Shown: piece by piece, positions 18,351 through 26,876 of the stretch
Position numbering within the stretch: position 1 is the stretch's first letter
Layout of the letters: the number at the start of each line of letters is the position of its first letter
Origin: Planctomycetota bacterium
GTDB taxonomy: Bacteria; Planctomycetota; Phycisphaerae; WQYP01
DNA: 64,000 nt
NCBI GenBank assembly: GCA_021827645.1
Contig: JAKAVA010000045.1
Coordinates: forward strand, 17,410 to 81,409
Direction: 5' to 3'
Notes under the pieces: generated by a model
What the model saw: the letters and a program-made list of their open reading frames with translations, nothing else
What the model was told of the DNA's origin: nothing
The model's database searches: none
Position numbers and translations under genes: made by a program

Positions 18351-20252
18351 ATGGCGATAACCGAAGCCGGATCGAAGCTGGAAGAAAGCATCGATCTTGC
18401 AACTCGCATTCTGTTATCCAAGCATAATCATCAGGGGTACTGGGTTGGGGAGTTGCAGGGCGACAGCATACTCGAGTCGGAATACATATTAATGAAGTTC
18501 ATTCTCGGACAGGAGAATGATCCCTGCCTTGAGCTGATCGCCAATTATCTCCGCTCCATCCAACTTCCGGACGGCGGCTGGAGCATGTTTCCGGGTGGAA
18601 ACAGCGATCTGGCCGGGACCGCCAAAGGCTATTTCGCACTGAAGCTGGTGGGCGATTCTCCCGATGCGCCGCACATGCGCGCCGCACGGGATGTGGTGCG
18701 CCGACTCGGCGGTGCGGAGAATTGCAACAGCTTTACCAAATTTTTCTTCGCGGCGCTGGGACAGGTCAGCTACGCGGCATGCCCCAGCATTCCACCCGAA
18801 ATTATCCTGATTCCGAAATGGATTTATTTCAACCTCTACGCCGTCTCAGCATGGAGCCGCACCATGATTCTGCCGCTGGCGATTGTCAGCGCTTATCGGC
18901 CGGTGCGAACGCTGCCGGCGGAACTGGGCATCAGCGAGCTGTTCAATGATGAATCCCGGGCGCGGATGGCGGCGGGGAAACTCAAAGGCCTGCCGCGCAG
19001 CTGGCGCGAGATGTTTCTGCTGCTGGATCTGTCCCTGAAGCGGTATGAAAAAACCGCCGTAACGCCACTGCGTCCGCTGGCCATACGCGAGGCTGAAAAA
19101 TGGCTGCTGGAACATATGGAAGGGTGCGACGGGCTGGGCGCGATCTTCCCGCCGATGGTTTATATCCTCATCGTGCTTCGCATACTCGGCTATGCGGACG
19201 ATCATCCGGTTGTAGTCAAAGCGCAGAAGGACCTCAAAGATTTATTTATTGAGGAAGGCGATACAATCCGCATTCAGCCATGCTGGTCGCCGGTATGGGA
19301 TACCGGGATCGCCATGCACGCGCTTGCCGAGGCGGGATTGACCCACGAGCATGTCATCGCGCAATCGACCACACGGTGGCTGCTGGAAAAGGAATGCCGT
19401 ACGGCAAGCGATTGGGCCAAAAACTGTCCGGGGGTCGAACCCTCGGGGTGGTTTTTTGAATTTAACAATCCACACTACCCAGACGTTGACGATACCGCGA
19501 TGGTGACGATGGCTCTGAAGCGTCTTGGCGGCCCGATTGCGGAACAGGCCGTCCGGCGGGGCATCAACTGGCTCCTGGCCATGCAGAACGATGACGGCGG
19601 CTGGGCGGCATTTGACCGGACGCGGAACCGACCGATTTTGGAACATGTCCCCTTCGCCGACCATAACGCCATTCAAGATCCATCCTGCCCCGACATTGCC
19701 GGCCGGGTACTGGAATGTCTGGGGCACAACGGGTTCAAGAGCGACCACCCGGCGGTACGCAATGCTGTACGGTTTCTGCAGGAAACACAGGAGCCGGAGG
19801 GATGCTGGTTCGGGAGATGGGGCGTCAATTACATCTATGGCACCTGGCAGGTGCTAACCGGTTTGCGGGCGGTCGGTGAACCGATGGACCAAAGATTTAT
19901 CCGCAAGGCGGCAGACTGGCTGCGGTCGTGTCACAAACCGGACGGGAGTTGGGGAGAATCGTGTCAGACCTACGACAACCCGGAACTCAAGGGCCGCGGG
20001 CCGAGCACTCCATCGCAAACGGCCTGGGGCGCAATGGGGCTCATGGCGGCCGTTGGGCCGCACGATCCGCACGTCAAGGCAGCTGTCCGCTGGCTGATGG
20101 AGAATCAAAATCCACAGGGCGACTGGGACGAGCCATGGTTTACAGGAACCGGTTTCCCGCGGGTGTTTTATCTGAAATATCACCTTTATAGACTCTATTT
20201 TCCGCTTATGGCATTGGCGCGTTACCGGCGCCTCTTGCAATCCGGGCGATAG
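18351..20252 (+). CDS. shc: squalene-hopene cyclase
   Basis: DVDDTAMV (DxDDTA protonation motif). Repeated QW motifs (QLPDGGWS, QNDDGGWA, QEPEGCWFGRWGVNYIYGT, HKPDGSWGE, QNPQGDWDE), and GTGFPRVFYLKYHLY. The track ORF starts at 18150, but ATG 18351 gives a 633-aa protein, the usual SHC length. Confidence 0.95.
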   Translation: MAITEAGSKLEESIDLATRILLSKHNHQGYWVGELQGDSILESEYILMKFILGQENDPCLELIANYLRSIQLPDGGWSMFPGGNSDLAGTAKGYFALKLVGDSPDAPHMRAARDVVRRLGGAENCNSFTKFFFAALGQVSYAACPSIPPEIILIPKWIYFNLYAVSAWSRTMILPLAIVSAYRPVRTLPAELGISELFNDESRARMAAGKLKGLPRSWREMFLLLDLSLKRYEKTAVTPLRPLAIREAEKWLLEHMEGCDGLGAIFPPMVYILIVLRILGYADDHPVVVKAQKDLKDLFIEEGDTIRIQPCWSPVWDTGIAMHALAEAGLTHEHVIAQSTTRWLLEKECRTASDWAKNCPGVEPSGWFFEFNNPHYPDVDDTAMVTMALKRLGGPIAEQAVRRGINWLLAMQNDDGGWAAFDRTRNRPILEHVPFADHNAIQDPSCPDIAGRVLECLGHNGFKSDHPAVRNAVRFLQETQEPEGCWFGRWGVNYIYGTWQVLTGLRAVGEPMDQRFIRKAADWLRSCHKPDGSWGESCQTYDNPELKGRGPSTPSQTAWGAMGLMAAVGPHDPHVKAAVRWLMENQNPQGDWDEPWFTGTGFPRVFYLKYHLYRLYFPLMALARYRRLLQSGR

Positions 20253-20310
20253 ACGGGCATCATCCGCATAGTAAGCGCAGGCGGATGCGACTTAAACGGG
20301 ACAACACCAC

Positions 20311-20700
20311 ATGCCGACAAAATCAAACAAATGGTTAAGCTTGGCAATCGCTCTTCTGGGCGTCGGACTGATATCCAACGCGGTGGTGGATATGCTCGGA
20401 CGCCAAAGTGCTTGGCCCAGCCAAGCGGCATGGGGACGTGGGGTCGAGCTGATGTCAAGCCGCCCCGCCGGGAATGGAATTGAAGCTTTTCCCGTGCAGA
20501 TGGGTCAGGGGATGTACGGATTCGTGCTTCTGGACCCGGCGCACCACGCCATGGCGATTTACCGAGTACTGGGGTCGGTTTCGCGATTACGATTGATCGC
20601 GGCGCGCGATTATCGCTACGACCTGCGGTTAAAAGATTTCAATAATTCAGCCCCGACGCCGGTGCAGGTCAAAAAATTGCTCGGCGGTGGAAAACATTAA
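20311..20700 (+). CDS. hypothetical small exported protein
   Basis: 129 aa. N-terminal anchor/signal KWLSLAIALLGVGLISNAVV. No family recognised. Confidence 0.4.
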   Translation: MPTKSNKWLSLAIALLGVGLISNAVVDMLGRQSAWPSQAAWGRGVELMSSRPAGNGIEAFPVQMGQGMYGFVLLDPAHHAMAIYRVLGSVSRLRLIAARDYRYDLRLKDFNNSAPTPVQVKKLLGGGKH

Positions 20701-20908
20701 AGTTCAGGTTGGAATCCAAGTCCGTGCGGATATAGCGGCGGCGATTGGCGAAAAGTTGGAGATTGGGACGTGACAAGAGCCCACCCTTGCGTTTAGAATA
20801 TATGTAGGGTGTTGAGTTTTCATGGCTCGAGCCCGGGCAAAGTCAATCGGTATGGAGCCATAAGCGCCCAAGGCCCGACATCAGTGTGGCCGCATTTGGA
20901 TATAGGAG

Positions 20909-21877
20909 TTGACCGTGGCAAAAATGTTCTACACATCCGATGAAACAACGGAAAAATTGGGCGTTGATGCCGACCGCCTCAAAGAACTGATTGATCAGAA
21001 ACGGTTGCGTGAATTTCGCGACGGCCAGCGCATCATCTTCAAAGTGGATCAGGTGGACAGACTTGCTGCAGAACTCAAAGGGGGCAGCGGTGCGGGAAAT
21101 TTGGATACCGGCCCCATTGATCTGGCTCCCGGTGCATCCGGTGGCCCCATATCCCTGGCGGATTCAGCGGCCCCCGGGGTATCCGCGGGCGACTCAAAAA
21201 TGAGCAGCAAGTCGGGCACCGGTTTTTCAGCCTCAGGGAAATCAGCTGACGGTACCGCCGCCCAAGGTACCAAGGTCGGCGATAAATCAACTCCGATCAA
21301 GGTTTTCGAATCCAGCGAAATCAAGCCGGTGGATTCCAGTGCACAGACCCAGATATCCTCCGCACTTGATGAATCCATTTCGCCATCCGGGCTTGACTCT
21401 GTAGGCAGCGGTTCCGGACTATTGGATCTCACACGGGAAAGTGACAATACAAGTCTCGGTGCAGAGTTGCTGGAAGAAATATATCCCGGAGATGGCGGCG
21501 CCGGCGGAAGCCAGTCAGGCGTCGGATCGGCCTCAGGGATTTTTGATCAAACTGCCGCCGGGAGTAAGTCGGGCGAAACGGGCATGAATGTCGCCCCCCC
21601 CATGACAGAAGCTACACCAGTACCCGTAGCGTCGTCCTACATGCCGGCCATCGAAATGCCCGATCCATCGGCCGGACTGTTTGGGGGATTCGCATTTGCC
21701 TCGATTCTTGCCATGCTTCTGGCATTCATAACGGTAGCGGCGAGCCTCGCGGGATTCGTCCCGTCCTTTGTTCATACGCTGGGGCGAAACCTCATCATGT
21801 TGGTGGGGATACTGGTTCTGGTTACAGCTTTGGTGGCGATCGCGGGTTATTTCGGCGGTCGCGCATCGGCTCGATAA
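20909..21877 (+). CDS. membrane-anchored protein with N-terminal excisionase/MerR-like HTH and long Ser/Gly-rich linker
   Basis: FYTSDETTEKLGVDADRLKELIDQKRLREFRDGQRIIFKVDQVDRL (HTH_17-like). About 200 aa of low-complexity S/G/A/D linker. Two C-terminal TM helices (FGGFAFASILAMLLAFITVAASLAGF; LIMLVGILVLVTALVAIAGYF). AGGAG at 20904..20908. GTG 20915 and ATG 20924 are alternative starts. Confidence 0.55.
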   Translation: MTVAKMFYTSDETTEKLGVDADRLKELIDQKRLREFRDGQRIIFKVDQVDRLAAELKGGSGAGNLDTGPIDLAPGASGGPISLADSAAPGVSAGDSKMSSKSGTGFSASGKSADGTAAQGTKVGDKSTPIKVFESSEIKPVDSSAQTQISSALDESISPSGLDSVGSGSGLLDLTRESDNTSLGAELLEEIYPGDGGAGGSQSGVGSASGIFDQTAAGSKSGETGMNVAPPMTEATPVPVASSYMPAIEMPDPSAGLFGGFAFASILAMLLAFITVAASLAGFVPSFVHTLGRNLIMLVGILVLVTALVAIAGYFGGRASAR

Positions 21878-22064
21878 ACTTCGCTTTTGAGGCCATCACG
21901 GATGATGGCCCGGCGGCTCAATGGGAAACCGGCACGGAGGCGGATATTCAGCAGCACATGATGAGCCCTTTACATTAAGGCAAAATTCGCTCAAACTGCC
22001 TACAGGGCGGTGGGACGAAATATCGTGCGCGTCGCCCGCCGTTTGTTTCAGGAGATTCAATACC

Positions 22065-22982
22065 ATGGAACGATCAATGAAAAAAATTGTTGCCAGAACA
22101 GTAGTTGCAGCCACCCTCACCGGCCTGATGCTCGGGCTCGGCGGTTGCGTATCAGAAGATCAATATCAGCGTCTTCAGACGGCCTACGACCAGAGCCAGG
22201 CGCAACTCGCGGCGGCCCAGGCGCAGCTGGCCAAGTTGCGCCACGAGATAAGCAGTATCGAAGCCCAGATTGCTCAGGATAATCAGCTTTTGGGTGCTCA
22301 GCATGGCGGCGTGGCTGCCCTGCTGAAGGAACGCAACGCCCTTGAGGCCCGGCTGGCTAAACTGCAGGCCAAATACAACAAACTCCTGGCGCTGGCGGGC
22401 CAGGCTCCGAAATTGCCGCAGGCGGTCAACAACGCGCTATCGCAGCTTGCCGATGAATATCCGAATCTGCTTGAATTTAACAAAAAATTAGGCTTGCTCC
22501 GATTCAAGAGTGATCTGCTTTTTGCACTGGGTTCGACGCAGGTGCGTCCGCAGGCTCGCGAGGCACTCAAGGCGTTCGCCCGAATACTCAATATGCCCGG
22601 CATTTCGGACAATGAAATCAGAATCGTCGGTAATACCGATGATGTCCCGATCCGACGCAACAATGCCTCGGTCATGAATCCGACCAATTGGTATCTTTCC
22701 ACCAACCGCGCCATCTCGGTGATGTATGTCCTAAAGCATTACGGCGTGATTGATCGCCGCATGCAGGTGGCGGGTTGGGGGAAAACACATCCCATCGCGG
22801 CCAACGCTCCCCACCATCGGGGTAACCCGCTCAACCGGCGCGTGGATATCTTCATCACTCCGATCAAGATAAAATATAATCCGTATGTTCCCGCATCCGA
22901 GCAGGTGGTGCCGGCCGGAAATAATACCGATCTGGTACCGGCATCGAGCACCCCCAACATGACCGGCGGTAATGGGCAGTAA
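22065..22982 (+). CDS. OmpA/MotB-domain lipoprotein with coiled-coil region
   Basis: ATG 22065 behind AGGAG (22050..22054). Lipobox LMLGLGGC. Coiled-coil QAQLAAAQAQLAKLRHEISSIEAQIAQ. C-terminal OmpA-like domain (FKSDLLFALGSTQV...IRIVGNTDDVPI...NWYLSTNRAISV...NRRVDIFI). Confidence 0.85.
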   Translation: MERSMKKIVARTVVAATLTGLMLGLGGCVSEDQYQRLQTAYDQSQAQLAAAQAQLAKLRHEISSIEAQIAQDNQLLGAQHGGVAALLKERNALEARLAKLQAKYNKLLALAGQAPKLPQAVNNALSQLADEYPNLLEFNKKLGLLRFKSDLLFALGSTQVRPQAREALKAFARILNMPGISDNEIRIVGNTDDVPIRRNNASVMNPTNWYLSTNRAISVMYVLKHYGVIDRRMQVAGWGKTHPIAANAPHHRGNPLNRRVDIFITPIKIKYNPYVPASEQVVPAGNNTDLVPASSTPNMTGGNGQ

Positions 22983-23141
22983 TTCTCGCCGACGGCCGGT
23001 CCCGAACGACAGCATCCGACACCTCCACTGTGGGAGTGCGCCGATGGTTTCTCGGGAGGGAAGCTGATGGGTGAAGGCGACGGTCGGCGAGATGATACGT
23101 CCGTCGGCAGACCGGCGGCGATTTCGGATCATTTCCTGTTC

Positions 23142-23705
23142 ATGCGGAAATTTTTCAAGCATCGCAGGAAAATCGCATCCATCTGGCCGTCCAGCCGATC
23201 CATGGCCAAGGCATGTATTTCGCAGGTGGACTTTTCCCGGGCCCGGCTGATTGTGGAACTCGGCGCTGGCACCGGTGCCATAACGCAGGCAATTCTCTCA
23301 CAAATCACTCCGCACACACAATTGATTGCCATTGAGCGCGATGCCGATTTCTTTCGCATACTCCGCGAGCGGTTTGCCGCAACGGCAGATCATATTAAGT
23401 TTATGCAGGGCGATGTGGTCCATCTGCCTGAAATGCTTCGTGATTGTGGCGTCCGGGAAGGAAGTGTCGATGCCTTCATCAGCGGGCTTGGCACTCCAAG
23501 CCTGCCCGCAGCCGCACAGCAGGGAATATTCAAAGCCCTGGCATGGGCGGCGAAGCCCGACGGCGTCTTCAGCAATATCACGGAAGTCCCCCTGTATTAT
23601 CTCCCTTTTTACAGGCGACATTTTCGACGCGTACAATTTCAATTCGTTCCACTCAACATCCCACCCGGCGGCATCTATCATTGCCGCGAGCCGGATCGCG
23701 GGTGA
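23142..23705 (+). CDS. class I SAM-dependent methyltransferase, phospholipid N-methyltransferase (PmtA/COG3963)-like
   Basis: MRKFFKHRRKIASIWPSSRSMAKAC...LIVELGAGTGAITQAIL...AIERDADF. SAM motif I plus the characteristic N-terminal IxSxxPSS segment. The track ORF starts at 23067. Confidence 0.7.
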   Translation: MRKFFKHRRKIASIWPSSRSMAKACISQVDFSRARLIVELGAGTGAITQAILSQITPHTQLIAIERDADFFRILRERFAATADHIKFMQGDVVHLPEMLRDCGVREGSVDAFISGLGTPSLPAAAQQGIFKALAWAAKPDGVFSNITEVPLYYLPFYRRHFRRVQFQFVPLNIPPGGIYHCREPDRG

Positions 23706-23828
23706 TCCCGTCGTCGGCAGGTACCTGTGCGGACATTTACGGGCCTCCGGTGTGCAACGGATGAGATCATGGTGGCCTCAAGCCCCGGATTCGGATAATT
23801 TATTCGGAGGATTGCGGCGGCACACCGG

Positions 23829-24365
23829 GTGAAGTGCTTCGGCGATGATACAAGAGGAAAAGCGTTGAATTTTACGCTCGTCGATAAAATTGAAGAATTG
23901 GTTTCCGGAAAAACCATACGCGCCATCAAGCAGGTTTCCATGGCAGAGGAATATCTCGCGGATCACTTTCCCGGGTTTCCAGTCCTGCCGGGCGTCATGA
24001 TGCTGGAGTGTGCGATTGAGACGGCTGCATGGCTGATCCACGAACATCTGCACTTTGCGCCAGGCCTTGTAATATTGAAGGAAGCCCGCCAGATTCGGTA
24101 TGGGCACTTCGTAAGTCCGGGGCAGACATTGACGGTCACCGCCGATGTTCTCCGCCTGGCGCCGGACGCAAGCGAGTTCAAAGTGCGCGGAGTCGTGGGC
24201 AGTGCCACCGCCATTCAGGGGCGCATTACCCTGGCGCACATCCGGCTGGGAGAACAGGATGCCGCGCTTGCAGGAACCGATGAGAAAATGATCAACCGCC
24301 GGAAATCTCTTTGGGAGACGGTTAAGCCGCGCCCCGGGACGGCTCTATCTGCGGGCGAAAGTTAA
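23829..24365 (+). CDS. FabZ/FabA-like hot-dog fold (3R)-hydroxyacyl-ACP dehydratase family protein
   Basis: FTLVDKIEELVSGKTIRAIKQVSMAEEYLADHFPGFPVLPGVMMLECAIETAAWLI matches the FabZ core (HFPxxPxxPGV...E). The probable start is TTG 23865. Confidence 0.75.
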   Translation: MKCFGDDTRGKALNFTLVDKIEELVSGKTIRAIKQVSMAEEYLADHFPGFPVLPGVMMLECAIETAAWLIHEHLHFAPGLVILKEARQIRYGHFVSPGQTLTVTADVLRLAPDASEFKVRGVVGSATAIQGRITLAHIRLGEQDAALAGTDEKMINRRKSLWETVKPRPGTALSAGES

Positions 24366-24486
24366 GAGATGATCGCAAGGTACCCTGTGCATTGCGTCGG
24401 ACTAAAAATGGATTTATTCTTGGGAGCCAGCGGGTGAAAGTTCCATTCGCTGAGAATTCGGTAATACCGGGAAGGATATACCAATA

Positions 24487-24936
24487 ATGGCGATGACCTA
24501 CGATGATGTGCTGGAAAAGGTGAAGGAAGTCCTCACCGGCGCCTTGGCAGTGGATGACGATCAGGTGACGCCCAAGGCCAAGCTCAATGCCGACCTTGGA
24601 GCCGAATCCATTGATTATCTGGATATCACATTCCAGTTGGAAAAGGCGTTCAAGATCAAAATTCCTCAGAACGATCTTATTCCTCAAAACCTTTTTACCG
24701 ATCCGCGATTTGTCAGCAACGGAGTGATGACGGCGGACGGACTGGCGGAGTTGCACCGCTTGATGCCGTTCGCTGATCTTTCGGAATTTGACAAAAACCC
24801 AAATATCAACTCATTTCGTGACGTTTTTACGGTGGACACACTGGTGCGTTACATGATGCTGAAAGTCAATGGCAATCTGGACGGCGCCCCGCCACCCGGA
24901 GATCAGCCCGAAGCACCTGAAGCACCATCGGCCTGA
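24487..24936 (+). CDS. acyl carrier protein-like, unusually long (149 aa)
   Basis: VLEKVKEVLTGALAVDDDQVTPKAKLNADLGAESIDYLDITFQLEKAF. This is the ACP helix I-II with the phosphopantetheine Ser in E-S-I-D (Ser41). An inserted segment and a Pro/Glu-rich tail follow. Confidence 0.7.
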   Translation: MAMTYDDVLEKVKEVLTGALAVDDDQVTPKAKLNADLGAESIDYLDITFQLEKAFKIKIPQNDLIPQNLFTDPRFVSNGVMTADGLAELHRLMPFADLSEFDKNPNINSFRDVFTVDTLVRYMMLKVNGNLDGAPPPGDQPEAPEAPSA

Positions 24937-25079
24937 GCGAGGCCCGGGACATCACCCGAAGCGCCATTCAACTCCTGACAAGAAAACTTTTCCGGTGGCA
25001 GTATTGTCGGTACAGCGTTCTGCCAAGGAATAATTTCTGTTCGTGCGTCGCGGGATCCGACTATCGACCCAGTGGTGTT

Positions 25080-26486
25080 TCACGGATTTGCTTGGGCGGC
25101 TGAATGTAATTCAGGAGTTGCCCCCTTCGGTCGAGGTAAAACGACACGGAATGTCGTACCGGTGCCCGGAGTGGACTCAAAATATATACTGCCCCCGGCA
25201 CCGCTTACCACACGCCTCACCAAGGCGAGGCCAAGTCCGCTGCCATTGGGTTTGGTTGAGAAGAAGGGTTCAAAAAGCCTCGCATGAAATTCAGGCGGCA
25301 CACCCTTGCCGCTGTCGCGGACAAACAGCATGACACTCTCCGCTTCGCCGACGGTTGAGATGGCCAGCGTCCCGCCGCGGGTCATCGCCTCCTGGGCGTT
25401 GGCGCAGAGGTTGAGCAAAACTTGACGAAGTTCATCGGATGAAACCAGTACTTTCGGATTGCCTGGGTCCAGGTGTTTTACCACACGAATGCCGTGCGCC
25501 TGCATGGAGGGGTTGAGGAATTCCATTGCCTGCTCGACGACCATATTAATGGACGTTTCCTCCGGTTGACTGACGACCTGCGTGCGGACGAGAAAATCAT
25601 CGAGCATGGTATCAAGCCGCCGCATCTCCCGCTGACAGGTACTGATGATGTCCATCAGGCGGGATTGATCGGGTGTAGGACTGTCAATGATGGTACGCAG
25701 AAAGTGAAGATTGAATCGCAGGGCGGTAAGCGGGGAACGGACTTCATGGGCGAGGACGGACGCGAGCATCCCCCGCTCGCTGAGCATACTGGTGCGAGCT
25801 CGCATGGTCTGAATCTGTTGCCGCTGTGATCGATCAAGCCGGGTACTGACAATGAAGATCAGGGCGAGGATAACGATCATGGCGGCGACATCCAATCCGC
25901 CGATAAGCCACTTAAGTCGGGTGAGTTCCAGCCAATCGGCGCTGCGCATCGCGCTGAGGCTTACCCCGACGCTCAGATAACCGTGAAATCCTCCCGGCCA
26001 GGCGATCGGCAGGCTGAAATCTCCCACGCTCCGTTCATGATGATTCCACGGCACCGAATCGATCACTCGCAATTTCTGAGGTGGATTACTTGGCCACGCC
26101 TGCGGCGGTAACTGATGATCGATGAACGTACTGAGCAAATGAGGTTGAGAGTGAACCCGCGCGATGAGCATGGCGACCGTCCCGTTGGAACTCCACAATG
26201 CAATGTACCGAATGTGCGGATTGATGTTCCAGTAGGCTCTAATCAAAGCTCGCCGCTGCCTCGCCCAAGTCAAATAGCTGTTAAAGGAATCGCGAAAGGG
26301 CGGCGGTTCAAGTCGCAGCGTATCGACGAGTGATGTGGCAACAGGTTGAATCGACTGATTGTTGATGGAGGCTTCGATCCGATTCAGTACTAAAAAGCAG
26401 GCACTGAGCCAGAGGACGTTCCATATAAGGATCGCCACAAGAGAAAAAAACCAGACATTGCGGGTGAATCGACTTGAATCACTCAT
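25080..26486 (-). CDS. sensor histidine kinase (orphan, no adjacent response regulator)
   Basis: H-box LAHEVRSPLTAL. HATPase_c N/G boxes (LLNLCANAQEA, RDSGKGVPPE, FFSTKPNGSGLGLALV). Two TM segments flank a periplasmic region. The start is trimmed to ATG 26486 (MSDSSRFTRNVWFFSLVAIL); the track ORF extends to 26627. Confidence 0.9.
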   Translation of the reverse strand: MSDSSRFTRNVWFFSLVAILIWNVLWLSACFLVLNRIEASINNQSIQPVATSLVDTLRLEPPPFRDSFNSYLTWARQRRALIRAYWNINPHIRYIALWSSNGTVAMLIARVHSQPHLLSTFIDHQLPPQAWPSNPPQKLRVIDSVPWNHHERSVGDFSLPIAWPGGFHGYLSVGVSLSAMRSADWLELTRLKWLIGGLDVAAMIVILALIFIVSTRLDRSQRQQIQTMRARTSMLSERGMLASVLAHEVRSPLTALRFNLHFLRTIIDSPTPDQSRLMDIISTCQREMRRLDTMLDDFLVRTQVVSQPEETSINMVVEQAMEFLNPSMQAHGIRVVKHLDPGNPKVLVSSDELRQVLLNLCANAQEAMTRGGTLAISTVGEAESVMLFVRDSGKGVPPEFHARLFEPFFSTKPNGSGLGLALVRRVVSGAGGSIYFESTPGTGTTFRVVLPRPKGATPELHSAAQANP

Positions 26487-26876
26487 AAGGAGAAAGATAC
26501 CGGCTAAATAGACTGGCGCTAATGGCTCGCTATGTATTTTTATTTTCGCGTAAATTTGTAGTTGAACTGTAGCGCCAGAACACGATTCGGCTAAATTGGG
26601 AGAGATGCCGTCGCGTTCTTGACGCAAGCGCCAGCGGCATTACTATCGTGACCATGAAGGCAAGGACGGGGGCCGACGGGTTCCGCATCCATAACAGTGG
26701 CCTCCGAACAGTTGCGCGATGATCGCGAAGTATTCGGATTTTCAAGGTGATTGAAACGATCCGGTCGGGGTTGGCTCTGACGACGGCGTGCATACGAAAT
26801 GGTTGGATTTGGCTTTAGAATGCCGCACTGGCAAGAGATCGGGCGATGGGGCCGAACGGTAGTGGCTTGAGGTTTT

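Noticed and set aside
20261-20287. 7-bp stem CATCCGC/GCGGATG right after shc.
   Set aside because: The loop is 13 nt and no U-tract follows, so it is not a convincing intrinsic terminator. It may be incidental.
20770-20799. GTGACA-N18-TAGAAT sigma-70-like promoter upstream of the HTH membrane protein gene.
   Set aside because: It is plausible, but a single by-eye -35/-10 match with a long spacer and no supporting data is too weak to report as a feature.
26487-26627. 47-codon N-terminal extension of the histidine-kinase ORF.
   Set aside because: The extension is AT-rich, contains the 9-bp inverted repeat, and precedes a natural N-terminus (MSDSSRF + TM helix). I treat it as promoter/operator DNA, though this is not proven.
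26678-26710. GGGTTCCG ... TCCGAACAG, reminiscent of the guanidine-I (ykkC) riboswitch core, upstream of the permease gene.
   Set aside because: Only two short fragments match. The ACACGG...GGGA and CCCGGGAGA segments are missing, and the spacing to the gene (~170 nt) and between elements is wrong.
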